Origin: a virus
Lineage: Duplodnaviria; Caudoviricetes
Strand: one strand, 5' to 3'
Virus record (IMG/VR): IMGVR_UViG_3300029288_000174
Location: 1,263-65,262 of that record
Length of the DNA: 64,000 nucleotides
The notes under the pieces are model-generated. The model did no database searches and was not told the DNA's origin. It saw only the letters and a list, made by a program, of their open reading frames with translations. The position numbers were made by a program, and so were the translations under genes. Positions 27,744 through 36,523 of this stretch are shown one piece after another. Every line of letters begins with the position of its first letter. The stretch's first letter is position 1.

Positions 27744-27756
27744 GTTGCGGCTTCCT

Positions 27757-28152
27757 TTAGTGATTGCCGAGATACGGCGGGTTACTACTGCCCGAACCGC
27801 CAAAGTAGACGGGCTGGTCGGTGATTGTCCTCAACAGAATCGATACCAAGTTGCTTACGGTCATTCCTCCGCCCGCCCCCATCATCATCCCACTTTCACT
27901 GCCGCCGCTGAATTTTCCCCAGACGATCATGCCGACGCCCACGGCCGCTAATATGCCGGCCACCTGGATTGTCTTGCTCTTCCACCACACCTTTCCGGCC
28001 TTGCCTTCCTTGACGGCCGCCGCGAACCCGTCCGCCCATTGGTCCCGATCGTCCGTGTCCTCTGCTTGGTCTTCGGAGTATTTGCACGGCTGCCGTGTCT
28101 GAGCGGCAAGCCAGCCTTCCCAATACGCTGCGGTTTTTCGTTTGGCCATCAT
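27757..28152 (-). CDS. Holin-like two-TM protein with N-terminal Rmf-like motif
   Basis: AYWEGW.A...C.Y...RDQWADGF, then WWKSKT and two hydrophobic segments. Confidence 0.5.
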   Translation of the reverse strand: MMAKRKTAAYWEGWLAAQTRQPCKYSEDQAEDTDDRDQWADGFAAAVKEGKAGKVWWKSKTIQVAGILAAVGVGMIVWGKFSGGSESGMMMGAGGGMTVSNLVSILLRTITDQPVYFGGSGSSNPPYLGNH

Positions 28153-28215
28153 GGTTGTTTTGAGAATGCCCGGCCGGCGGTCTGATTCCACCGGCCGGGC
28201 CGTCAAGAGGATCGC

Positions 28216-28557
28216 TCATCGCCTACAGGCCACGCGATGGCAAACCAGCCGCACCCCCTGCGCAGCGTGCAAGAGCGGCGTTCGTTCGCGCTCGCGGAGT
28301 CTGGTAGCGATGGCCTTCAGTCCTTTAGCGGGTAGTGTCGCCGCCTTGACGGTTAAGCTGGCCACGGTGCCAACGGACCTCCCGGCCGTGGCGATTATCG
28401 GCCGTTCCGGTACGGCCAAAACGGTTACGGAAGTTGTCGTCTCGATAGTCTTGGTCACGCACTTTTCGCCGTCGCACGGACAGCCGGCCATTGCGGGCGA
28501 TACAAACAGCATCGCCACGGCGGCCAGCGAAAACAGAAGCAACACAAACGGTCTCAT
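28216..28557 (-). CDS. Small exported basic protein
   Basis: Signal peptide, CPCDGEKC, basic C-terminus. Confidence 0.55.
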   Translation of the reverse strand: MRPFVLLLFSLAAVAMLFVSPAMAGCPCDGEKCVTKTIETTTSVTVLAVPERPIIATAGRSVGTVASLTVKAATLPAKGLKAIATRLRERERTPLLHAAQGVRLVCHRVACRR

Positions 28558-28589
28558 CGTTCGTTCCTCCAGGGGTTAAAGAAAACTCT

Positions 28590-30017
28590 TTAGCGGCGTC
28601 GTTGTCGAGGGTGAAAATATCCGTCGTTCGTTTGCGGCATTGGTTCCCAATCGTTTGGTTCGCGGCAATCGACGGCCGACGGTTCGGGCTGTTGGATGTC
28701 CCGCGTGATGATGCACGCATACCACACGCCGCGTCGGCTCCTGGCCATGCCGCTGCCGTACTCGCTGTGCTTGCGGCTGGCGACCGACCAATGGCCGGGC
28801 GACTGACGCCAGCAATCAAACATTTCCGCCCACAATTCCGCCGGCGGATCCTCGGCCTGTCGCGGCCAGCTTTCCGCACAGATTTCGCGGTAGTCGCCCG
28901 GGCCGATGCTGTTGAGCATCTGCTGCCGCCGCTGGTCGAAATTTTGATGGCCCTGCTTGTCGGCTTCCGCCTGATAGTTCGCGTGAGACTGGGCAAAAGA
29001 ACATAGCGAAGCGTTCACCTTCGACTTCAGCACGTCGGCCGATTGGCCGTCTTTGCTTGCGTAACTGAAACCTTCGGGCACCTGGCCGCCGACTTGCGGC
29101 TTCTCCGGCTCGGCTCGTTTCGTGCTGAACGCATAGGCGTGAATTTCCGTCGTACTGACATAAACCGCCTTCGTCCACCGGCTACGGTCGCCGTTCTGGC
29201 AGGTGAACACGGCCATTCGCGGGATCGACCCCGGGCCGGTCAACTGATTGGCAAACGCCTGTTCGCGGTCCAAATTGACACATGCGACATGGCCCTTCCG
29301 CCGCAACTGCGGCAACCACTCATGGACCTGCTTGCACGGCGTACACCAGTCGGCCGTAACGATCACCAGCAACGGCCGGCCGTCCCGCTTGGCCGCATCG
29401 CTGGCCAATGAGTATCGTTCGGTCGGTAAAAAGTCCCTGTCGATCGACTCGGGCTGCGTCATGCTCGACTTTGGCAGACCATCGTCTTTCGGCTGCTTGA
29501 CCGTCTCGGCCGGCTTCGGCTTCTCCGGTTGCGGTTTCGCTTTTGGCGGTTCTGCCTTTGGCGGTTCGGACAGCTTCTCGACCCGCTGCTTTAATGCGTC
29601 GATGGCCGATTGGCTTGCGGCAAACGCCTGATGCAATTTTGCCCCAGACTGTTCAAGTCGAATCATCCGCTGGCCCAATTCCTCGATGCCGTCGATCTTC
29701 GCTACGGCTCCGTCGATGCGGCCAACGAGCGAATCAATCTTCGTCGAAAGTTTTCCGACGTCGGCCGATGTCGCTGCCACTCGCTTATCCACGTCGCTGA
29801 TGGCCAGCGTCATGCACTTATCCAAGTCGGCGACGTGCCTCTGGACGGCCTCCACGGGATCGGGTTTCGCGGCCGGCGTCGGCTGCGGTTCGGGCGCCTG
29901 CGACTCTACCTGTGCATTCCAGATTGCGGGGTTCAGCCGCAATTCACTGTCCGGCTGGTTGCATCCGACCAAGAACATCGAAAATATAATTACTACATTT
30001 CGCATTACTTCGCTCAC
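28590..30017 (-). CDS. Lipoprotein: coiled coil + thioredoxin (WCTPC) + CAP domain
   Basis: Lipobox LVGC; VTADWCTPCKQ; FAQSHANYQA...GHQ...REICAE...WRQSPGHW...YGSGMA....WYAC. Confidence 0.75.
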   Translation of the reverse strand: MSEVMRNVVIIFSMFLVGCNQPDSELRLNPAIWNAQVESQAPEPQPTPAAKPDPVEAVQRHVADLDKCMTLAISDVDKRVAATSADVGKLSTKIDSLVGRIDGAVAKIDGIEELGQRMIRLEQSGAKLHQAFAASQSAIDALKQRVEKLSEPPKAEPPKAKPQPEKPKPAETVKQPKDDGLPKSSMTQPESIDRDFLPTERYSLASDAAKRDGRPLLVIVTADWCTPCKQVHEWLPQLRRKGHVACVNLDREQAFANQLTGPGSIPRMAVFTCQNGDRSRWTKAVYVSTTEIHAYAFSTKRAEPEKPQVGGQVPEGFSYASKDGQSADVLKSKVNASLCSFAQSHANYQAEADKQGHQNFDQRRQQMLNSIGPGDYREICAESWPRQAEDPPAELWAEMFDCWRQSPGHWSVASRKHSEYGSGMARSRRGVWYACIITRDIQQPEPSAVDCREPNDWEPMPQTNDGYFHPRQRRR

Positions 30018-30020
30018 CTC

Positions 30021-30833
30021 CTAAACAACGTTCAGGTTGTAGGTAGTTGCCCGAATCACGTACAGTTCGCTCGGAATCGCCTTGCTACCGAACAGCGTCC
30101 AATCATTTCCCGGCCCGTGAGTGTTCGGCGTATGCACTCCAATGCGATTGCCGTCAAGTACCAGTCCATCGAGCCATACGGCGTGTCTTGCCCAGTTGTA
30201 GGCCGCATAGCAGCCGTGACCATCGACCAATGCCGTAATCGTTTCCGCCCAAATATCCCGTGCTCCGCCATCGAAGCCCTCCAGGGGCATGTATTGCAGA
30301 GCGTCTTGTTCGTATCCAGGCTTCCAGCGGTTTCGGTTGTACTCATGTTGCGGGACGTATTCACTTGATGCAATTCCGTACTTCAGCATCCACGTCAGGG
30401 CTTTGTCGAGATAGTAACCTTGAATTCTCCCGCCTGTTACACCGATCAATGATTCGCCCTGAAGTTGTACAAACGGAAGGCCGGCGTTGAATCTCGCCCC
30501 CATTACCGCCTGTGCTGCGGATTTTGCCCAACACGTCGGAAAACCGTTTTGATAGTCGGATCGAGACTGTAGCCCAAGCCGCTGACCGATGAAACCTCCC
30601 CTCGCCAGCGTATCGCGCACGACGTCAGGCCATCGCGACTCAGGAAGCAACTCGATTCGCTCCGCAAAAACCGGCACACCCTCAAGTCCGCCGATTTCGC
30701 TTTCTCGCGGTAGTGCTCCCGGAAAAAAGCCACCGACGGCTTCGGCTGATTCGATCACCTGCTGCCAATTGGAGTCGTCAATGATGGTGCTCACTTTATG
30801 GCCTCCACGAGCTTCTCTTCGCTGTTTGGACAT
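30021..30833 (-). CDS. Papain-like (C1-type) cysteine peptidase
   Basis: QNGFPTCWA (oxyanion Q and catalytic C), WARHAVWL (H), PNTHG (N). Confidence 0.75.
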   Translation of the reverse strand: MSKQRREARGGHKVSTIIDDSNWQQVIESAEAVGGFFPGALPRESEIGGLEGVPVFAERIELLPESRWPDVVRDTLARGGFIGQRLGLQSRSDYQNGFPTCWAKSAAQAVMGARFNAGLPFVQLQGESLIGVTGGRIQGYYLDKALTWMLKYGIASSEYVPQHEYNRNRWKPGYEQDALQYMPLEGFDGGARDIWAETITALVDGHGCYAAYNWARHAVWLDGLVLDGNRIGVHTPNTHGPGNDWTLFGSKAIPSELYVIRATTYNLNVV

Positions 30834-31186
30834 GGTTGCGAAGAGTACGAATCTTCGCCCCGACAGGTAATAAGTTGCGGATGCACACGATCAACACACG
30901 CTTTCAGAAACGGAACCAAAATATCCGGCGTGGTCTTTCCGCCCGGTCCTCTTACGTCAAAATCGAGCGTTTTGATTTTGTGTTTGGGAGCGATGGTATC
31001 AATCACCGCCTTGACGTTGTCTGGTAAGCTGCGTTTTGTCTTCGTCTCGTAGAAGATCACGGCAGCCGTAACTGGTTTTCGGACTTGCGGTATTGGAAGG
31101 CCGGCGAACTGCCCATAGCGGCCAGCAAGCCCGACTACCAGCAACGCCACGGCCACAACGGGAATCGCGTATCGGATCGCTTTCAT
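30791..31186 (-). CDS. Exported/membrane-anchored hypothetical protein
   Basis: N-terminal hydrophobic segment, alpha/beta body. Confidence 0.55.
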   Translation of the reverse strand: MKAIRYAIPVVAVALLVVGLAGRYGQFAGLPIPQVRKPVTAAVIFYETKTKRSLPDNVKAVIDTIAPKHKIKTLDFDVRGPGGKTTPDILVPFLKACVDRVHPQLITCRGEDSYSSQPCPNSEEKLVEAIK

Positions 31187-31189
31187 GGC

Positions 31190-31369
31190 CTACTTCGCCT
31201 CCGTGTCGAACCCGAACGTCACCTTGACCGACAGGCCGCCGGTATCATCGAGCCTCGCCGACAGCATTTTGCCCAGCGATTCAGCCGCGTTCACCCGTTC
31301 TTTGGCGGCCGGCACCAGAAGTTCGGTCACTTCCTTCGCCGACAGCTCCACGCTCATTGTCGTTTTCAT
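31190..31369 (-). CDS. Small hypothetical protein (59 aa, not in ORF track)
   Basis: ATG 31369 to TAG 31190, GAGG RBS; MKTTMSVELSAKEV...FDTEAK. Confidence 0.55.
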   Translation of the reverse strand: MKTTMSVELSAKEVTELLVPAAKERVNAAESLGKMLSARLDDTGGLSVKVTFGFDTEAK

Positions 31370-31385
31370 GGTCGAGTGCCTCTTG

Positions 31386-31847
31386 CTATGTGGCCTTTCC
31401 GGTCACAGGATCGAATGTGAGAGATTCGGCGTGTTCGTCGGCGGCCGGCGGAACGGCGGGAATGAGTCCAGGCGACTCTTGTCCGACGGGCTGCGGCGTG
31501 TTTACCGACGTGATTACGATCGGCGGCGTGACGCCTGGCAGGGTGACTGCGGTGGCAGGGGCTGGGGTCGCTACTGACGGCGCCTTGCCTTTCACGGCCA
31601 CCGTCCAGAGATAATTCCACGCCTCGATGGCCTTCGGGTCGGCCTCAATTGGGTCGTATTCGCGGAGTGCGTAGAGGGCCGCCTTGACGGTCCACTGCTG
31701 CGTCACGTCAACCACCGTACCGACCGTCTTGCCGGCCTGGTTGTCGGTCGCCGCCGGCCATACCCAGCGAATCAACGCCCAGAGGCCCCAAAGGGCAACG
31801 AGCAACAGTCCCGCAACAATCAACCAGTCGAATAGTCCGAAAATCAT
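31386..31847 (-). CDS. N-terminally anchored membrane protein with Pro/Thr-rich tail
   Basis: WLIVAGLLLVALWGLWALIRW TM segment. Confidence 0.6.
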   Translation of the reverse strand: MIFGLFDWLIVAGLLLVALWGLWALIRWVWPAATDNQAGKTVGTVVDVTQQWTVKAALYALREYDPIEADPKAIEAWNYLWTVAVKGKAPSVATPAPATAVTLPGVTPPIVITSVNTPQPVGQESPGLIPAVPPAADEHAESLTFDPVTGKAT

Positions 31848-31851
31848 CGCG

Positions 31852-32103
31852 TTACCCTTTCGCCTTCACGGGGTCGGCCCCGTAGGTAAACTCATGTTCG
31901 ATCGTCCCATTTCGCAAATGGATCACTACTTGGCCGATGTGCCGCCGCGACCTCGCCTTGGAACATGCCGTCTTGACGGCCGTGGTCTTTAACTTGCTTC
32001 TCCGCACAACGCGGTGAGCGTAGTTCTTTCCAGTGATCTCCAACACTTGCCAGCGGCGGAGCACAGCCGACCATGTTACGTGAAACACTTTTCTGGTCGC
32101 CAT
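31852..32103 (-). CDS. DUF2188-like protein
   Basis: VFHV...RWQV...TAV..A...A.....QVVIH.RNGTIEHEFTYG.DP...KG. Confidence 0.75.
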   Translation of the reverse strand: MATRKVFHVTWSAVLRRWQVLEITGKNYAHRVVRRSKLKTTAVKTACSKARSRRHIGQVVIHLRNGTIEHEFTYGADPVKAKG

Positions 32104-32106
32104 AGT

Positions 32107-32625
32107 TCACCCCGCCGCCGCTGGTGTGCTACTACCGCCTTGCACCATTACACCGTGCCGGTTCCTCGCCTCCGTGACGGCCTGGTCGAGGATCGCCGTT
32201 ACGCTTCGCACGCCCTCGATGCCGGCCAGCGTCCAAGTCGGATCGCTTCTGTCGTTCGATTGCACGATGATCGACCCGATGCCGAATGCTCGATCAAGGC
32301 CCGACTGCTTGCATCGCACGTCCTCGACCATCAGCAGCTCTACGCGGTCGATGGTCGCCGTCAACAGCCCCGCTTCGCACACCAGCCGCCGCGTGGTCAA
32401 CGTGTAACGAATTGTGGCGTGACGATAGATCGCGACGGCAACGCACCAAAGGCCCGGCAACGCGGACAACAGCGATACCGCCAAGATCACTCGCCAATTT
32501 CCCGTCGCCATCGACGCAAACGAGCACGCCGCGAAGATGATCGCAGAAATGACCCACGCCCCGGCCATCGCCTTCGTGCTGTACGTGCCCGACCAGAGTT
32601 GTTTTTCCGCTTCATCGACCATCAA
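32107..32625 (-). CDS. Membrane protein with bacterial PH domain (bPH_2)
   Basis: Two TM segments, then YTLTTRRL...GLL....DRVEL...QSGLDRAFGIGSI. Confidence 0.85.
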   Translation of the reverse strand: MMVDEAEKQLWSGTYSTKAMAGAWVISAIIFAACSFASMATGNWRVILAVSLLSALPGLWCVAVAIYRHATIRYTLTTRRLVCEAGLLTATIDRVELLMVEDVRCKQSGLDRAFGIGSIIVQSNDRSDPTWTLAGIEGVRSVTAILDQAVTEARNRHGVMVQGGSSTPAAAG

Positions 32626-32856
32626 TCATCCTGCCAGAAATCGAACCACAAACCGCAAACCGATCATCGCCAAACCGAAAAAGCCCGCCATCGTGCAAAT
32701 TGTCGCTCCCAGCCAAAACAGCAGCAGCATTGGCGGCCCGCCGATGCCCGGCCAACCGCTGTAGATCGACACCATCGTGGCACAAACACACCACACGATA
32801 CTGCCGCAAAGCAGCATCATCATCCAAAGCCACCACAGTTCGACCACCGCGTACAT
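32626..32856 (-). CDS. Small membrane protein
   Basis: Two hydrophobic segments; TGATG coupling. Confidence 0.5.
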   Translation of the reverse strand: MYAVVELWWLWMMMLLCGSIVWCVCATMVSIYSGWPGIGGPPMLLLFWLGATICTMAGFFGLAMIGLRFVVRFLAG

Positions 32857-32862
32857 TGTCGA

Positions 32863-33042
32863 TCAGCCTCCGCCAAGCAGGAGTTTGATAAGCCGGAGCG
32901 GCCAGAGTACGGCTCCGATGATCGGCCGCTGGGCCTCGTGGTTAATCAGGTAGATCAGCATGATGATGGCCGGAACAACGTAGGCCGCCACGCCGCCGAT
33001 CGCAAACAGGTACGCATTGCCGCGTCGGATAATCTCACGCAT
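32863..33042 (-). CDS. Small membrane protein (59 aa, not in ORF track)
   Basis: MREIIRRGNAYLFAIGGVAAYVVPAIIMLIYL...LLGGG; AAGAAGG RBS. Confidence 0.5.
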   Translation of the reverse strand: MREIIRRGNAYLFAIGGVAAYVVPAIIMLIYLINHEAQRPIIGAVLWPLRLIKLLLGGG

Positions 33043-33055
33043 GGATCACCTTCTT

Positions 33056-33196
33056 TCAACCGAACAAGATGTGACACACAAAACAAAACACGGCACCCGC
33101 GATGATGCAACGCAACACGACCGACGGCAACTTAAGGAACGTCAGAACCAGCAGGCCGATTAGGAAAAACTCAAATAACTTCCAGAGGATCAACAT
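33056..33196 (-). CDS. Tiny membrane protein
   Basis: MLILWKLFEFFLIGLLVLTFLKLPSVVLRCIIAGAVFCFVCHILFG. Confidence 0.4.
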   Translation of the reverse strand: MLILWKLFEFFLIGLLVLTFLKLPSVVLRCIIAGAVFCFVCHILFG

Positions 33197-33201
33197 GGCC
33201 G

Positions 33202-33300
33202 TCAGTTCGATAAATCGAAAAACCACTGAATGAATTTGTTTATCAGGATCATCGCCACAACCACACCCAACATCGCCAACATGCCGCCGACGAATCCCAT
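33202..33300 (-). CDS. Tiny membrane peptide (32 aa)
   Basis: MGFVGGMLAMLGVVVAMILINKFIQWFFDLSN, 3 nt after the upstream stop codon. Confidence 0.35.
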   Translation of the reverse strand: MGFVGGMLAMLGVVVAMILINKFIQWFFDLSN

Positions 33301-33303
33301 AGA

Positions 33304-34245
33304 TCACCGTTTTTTCTCCGACCACAAGCCCCGCTTTTCCTGCTGTGCCTTGAACTGCTCGACGGTCCAGGCGTTCGGTGCCCCTTCGCGGCACGTCGCC
33401 AGCCCGGCCCGTACTTGCTCTAAGTTGAGACTGGCACCCGACTGGCCGAACACTTCGCCGATGATCGGACCACGGGCCGCTTCATACACAATCAACGTCC
33501 CGCTGCCTCGGCAGTACGGACAGGTTTCTTCGGCGGGCACGAAGTCCTTTAACTCACTGCTTAATCGCTGCCATCGTGACCGAAACTCTGGACAGAACGC
33601 TGCTAGCCTTGCGTTGTCGTGCAGCGCCTTGCGGCACTGTTCACATTTTGGCAAATGCCCGTCACAGTATACGGACATCGACGCGTAAATCATGTCCTGC
33701 CGCGTCGCGGTGTGCTTGCCAGTCCCTTTACAAAGACTGCAAGCCGCTTCCTTGCCATCATCCAAAACGGAGCCGCCGTTTTCACCTACCGGGGTTTCCG
33801 GTTCCTCTGCCGCCGACGGCTCGGCTACGGGGAGGCTCGACTGGCCGCTGGAGTCGCTCCGAAAGATACCGTGCTTTTCGCACGTGACGGTAACGCTACT
33901 TCCTGCTACCTGTTCAAGGTGCTTGCGTGCCTCGTCGGCCCATTTGCCAGCGGGCGGTTGGTCGATGCCGGCCAATTGCACAACCGCCGTTCGCCGGCGG
34001 CCGGTCTTCACGGTCATGCTGTTGCCGCTCTCGACCGACACGACCTCATATGGCCCGACCGTGACATATCGCGGTGGCCTGGGCGGACGTGGCGGCCGTG
34101 GCCCGCGGCATGACCAGTTGCGGGCGATAATCGCCAAGCAAATCAGGCAGACCACCGCGACGGCCGCCAGCACGTAAAGCGATATGAAGCCCTGCTTGCG
34201 TGTGTGCCGTGACCTTACCATGCTTTTGATTCCGAAAATATCCAC
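33304..34245 (-). CDS. Membrane-anchored thermonuclease (SNase)-fold protein with Zn-finger insertion
   Basis: TM anchor; YEVVSVESGNSM...VQLAGIDQP...ADEARKHL; SLNLEQVRAGLA...AQQEKRGLWS; inserted CSLCKGTG/CPYCRGSG. Confidence 0.7.
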   Translation of the reverse strand: MDIFGIKSMVRSRHTRKQGFISLYVLAAVAVVCLICLAIIARNWSCRGPRPPRPPRPPRYVTVGPYEVVSVESGNSMTVKTGRRRTAVVQLAGIDQPPAGKWADEARKHLEQVAGSSVTVTCEKHGIFRSDSSGQSSLPVAEPSAAEEPETPVGENGGSVLDDGKEAACSLCKGTGKHTATRQDMIYASMSVYCDGHLPKCEQCRKALHDNARLAAFCPEFRSRWQRLSSELKDFVPAEETCPYCRGSGTLIVYEAARGPIIGEVFGQSGASLNLEQVRAGLATCREGAPNAWTVEQFKAQQEKRGLWSEKKR

Positions 34246-34248
34246 CGT

Positions 34249-34629
34249 TCAGCTCCACGATCCTGCTTGCAGTGCCGGCAATGCGTTGCTGTAGTTTTTC
34301 AGTCCCACGGTACGATAGATGTTGCGACCCTTAATGTCCGGCGTCTCCGTGTAGTCAACCACACGCTTTAGATTCGTCGGTTGCGCCGGCATTTCGTCCA
34401 TGCGGCCCAACCACATAATGCTGTCGATGGGAATCTCCCGATCGACAACCACCAACGCATCCAAGTCCACAACGCGACCTCTCGCGTCCGCGACGTTGTG
34501 CATCAGGCGATTCCAGCGAACAAACAACTCGACCGGCTCCAGTACGGTTGGATTGCCGTAATCGTCCGTTCCGGCGGATTCCCACAATACGGCTGATTGA
34601 TGTCGAAATTGACGCTCTAAGCTGGCCAT
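34249..34629 (-). CDS. Head-closure / head-tail adaptor
   Basis: GTDDYGNP...VRW; follows the connector gene. Confidence 0.7.
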   Translation of the reverse strand: MASLERQFRHQSAVLWESAGTDDYGNPTVLEPVELFVRWNRLMHNVADARGRVVDLDALVVVDREIPIDSIMWLGRMDEMPAQPTNLKRVVDYTETPDIKGRNIYRTVGLKNYSNALPALQAGSWS

Positions 34630-35045
34630 TACGCCCGATCCTCATAATCAATCTGTTGACTCGGAACCTTCCCCAACCACGCCGCCCCGGCCTTCGGTCG
34701 CATCGGCATGTCGATCCTCGCCAGATACCCCGTCACGTCCATTCGCTTGGCGGTTTGGCCATAGAGTGTGCCGTCATAGCCCATATCCGTCCGACCTTGA
34801 AACTGCCCGCTCGCCCCGCCCGTTGATTTGCTCTGCAATAGCTGGTCGGCGTGTGCGTAGAAGTGAGCAGCCAAGTACCGTTCGATCATTTCCAAATCCG
34901 CCGCCGTCAATTCACTGCCGGAATCGTTCGCGGCGATCTTATCGACCACTAGCGTTGCCGTGTCGATAAAAGGCGTCAGGCTGGACTCGCCATCGTAGTG
35001 GTCCAGCAGGATGCCTTGAACGGCGGTGGTGTCTGTTCGCGGCAA
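34629..35045 (-). CDS. Head-tail connector
   Basis: FIDTA..VVD....IERYLAAHF.....TLYGQ; TAATG coupling. Confidence 0.75.
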   Translation of the reverse strand: MPRTDTTAVQGILLDHYDGESSLTPFIDTATLVVDKIAANDSGSELTAADLEMIERYLAAHFYAHADQLLQSKSTGGASGQFQGRTDMGYDGTLYGQTAKRMDVTGYLARIDMPMRPKAGAAWLGKVPSQQIDYEDRA

Positions 35046-35048
35046 CGG

Positions 35049-35258
35049 CTACGCTCCCTTGCGTTGTGCCGGTTCGGCGGTTTGCCTCGGCCGATCTTCC
35101 TTGCTGGCAGGAGTGGGCGCGTTCACTCGCTCGAACTTGCACGCACCCTTAGAGGAGTTGAACTTGAGCAGGTCGAGGCTCGATTCCACCACGTCGCCGC
35201 GGCTGTAGGTGCGGCCACCGTGGTTATAGCTGCCTCGCAGAAGTTTGTAGGACGCCAT
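35049..35258 (-). CDS. Small head-associated protein
   Basis: Directly after the capsid gene; GGAG RBS. Confidence 0.6.
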   Translation of the reverse strand: MASYKLLRGSYNHGGRTYSRGDVVESSLDLLKFNSSKGACKFERVNAPTPASKEDRPRQTAEPAQRKGA

Positions 35259-35300
35259 GATTTCGCTCCGCGTACATTGTTGATTGGCCCCATTATTCAG

Positions 35301-35351
35301 GCCCGGCTCCCCTGCCTAGTGGGGCTGTAGGCAGGGGAGCGATGCACGGGC
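35301..35351 (-). terminator. Stem-loop after the major capsid gene
   Basis: 13-bp stem GCTCCCCTGCCTA / TAGGCAGGGGAGC (35306-18 / 35328-40); no clear U-tract. Confidence 0.5.
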
Positions 35352-35356
35352 TTTTC

Positions 35357-36523
35357 CTACGCCGTGGTGGCGTGACAGATTCCGCAGTTGCCGTTGTAGT
35401 CGCTGCGGAGTTGCGGAACTTGGATGGCCATCACCTTGAAGTTCAGTTGCATTCCGCCCTTGCTCTCCCACTGGACCGTGGTGATGTCCATGCCGTTGAC
35501 GGCGCGGGCCACGTCGCTGGTCATCTGGACGAAGATCAGCGTGAACGTGTCGGAGAGGAAATCGAGTTGGCGAACGTCTTGGATTCCCTCGATGGCCCGC
35601 AATCGCTGCCGCAGCGTTTGCGTCGGTGCCGTTGCGCCGGACGTGGACAAGACGTAGTAGTCGTTGTCCAGGTACTGCGCCCAGTCTGGCGAATGGTAGA
35701 CCATGAACGGTCCGTAGAACTTTTTGTCAGCCATCAACTTGATGATTGCCAAAAAGTCGGTCACGGTCTTGTCCGGGTTGGCGCCGGTGGGCACCGTCAC
35801 ATCGGTTTTGATAACACGATCAGGGTGATTCGTGTATCCAAACACCGTCGGGGCGTTGCTGTAGTCGGACGCCTTGCCGTAAGTGACGCCGGTCTCGACG
35901 CCGATCAGCGTCTTTTCGATCATTTCGGCAACACGTCGGCCAGCGGCTTCGGCCATCGTGGTGTCCAGCGGCGTCCCGCTGTTCCGGCTCACCGCCATGC
36001 GGCGACTGGAAAACTGGAAGTCGCTATGAGTGATCGGCAGAGGCAGTCCCTCAAGCTGATACTTGGGGCTGTCGGTGCGGCCTTCGGTCAATCCGTCCAT
36101 GTCCACCACGGCCTCGCCGGGGTCAGACATGGTTTCATGCTCCAGGATCATCTTGGCCATGCCGTTGAACCCGCCAAACGTATTGGCGGCGGCCAAGTCG
36201 GACCACGCCTTTAGTCGCTGCCGTGCGGCTCGCAGGACCACCCGGTCAAGCTCGATCCATTCCTGCTTTCGCAGGCTGGTGGCATTGAAGACCGGGCTGA
36301 AAATGCCATTTTCCATGAGATTGGAAATCAGGCAGTTTTCGTAAACCGGCGCATACATGCCGGTCTTTTCGTTGAACGCCATGCGTCCGGTGTTGACGGT
36401 CGCACACTTGCGACCATTGTCGTCAACGTAAGGCCGAAGCAGGCCGGGATCAAAGCGGCAGTTTCCCAACATTTGAGCAACGTCGCCGTGCCCTTGTCCG
36501 TTGAGGATGAAGTCCGTGAACAT
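35357..36523 (-). CDS. Major capsid protein (HK97-fold, encapsulin/Linocin-like)
   Basis: Position after scaffold and decoration; EWIELDRVVLRAARQRL, PLPITHSDFQFSSR, VFGYTNHPDR, FKVMAIQVPQLRSD. Confidence 0.85.
   Translation of the reverse strand: MFTDFILNGQGHGDVAQMLGNCRFDPGLLRPYVDDNGRKCATVNTGRMAFNEKTGMYAPVYENCLISNLMENGIFSPVFNATSLRKQEWIELDRVVLRAARQRLKAWSDLAAANTFGGFNGMAKMILEHETMSDPGEAVVDMDGLTEGRTDSPKYQLEGLPLPITHSDFQFSSRRMAVSRNSGTPLDTTMAEAAGRRVAEMIEKTLIGVETGVTYGKASDYSNAPTVFGYTNHPDRVIKTDVTVPTGANPDKTVTDFLAIIKLMADKKFYGPFMVYHSPDWAQYLDNDYYVLSTSGATAPTQTLRQRLRAIEGIQDVRQLDFLSDTFTLIFVQMTSDVARAVNGMDITTVQWESKGGMQLNFKVMAIQVPQLRSDYNGNCGICHATTA

Noticed and set aside
32014-33105. 363-aa + strand ORF
   Set aside because: Arg/His-rich, lies antisense to several coupled membrane-protein genes
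35342-36214. 290-aa + strand ORF
   Set aside because: Antisense shadow of the major capsid gene
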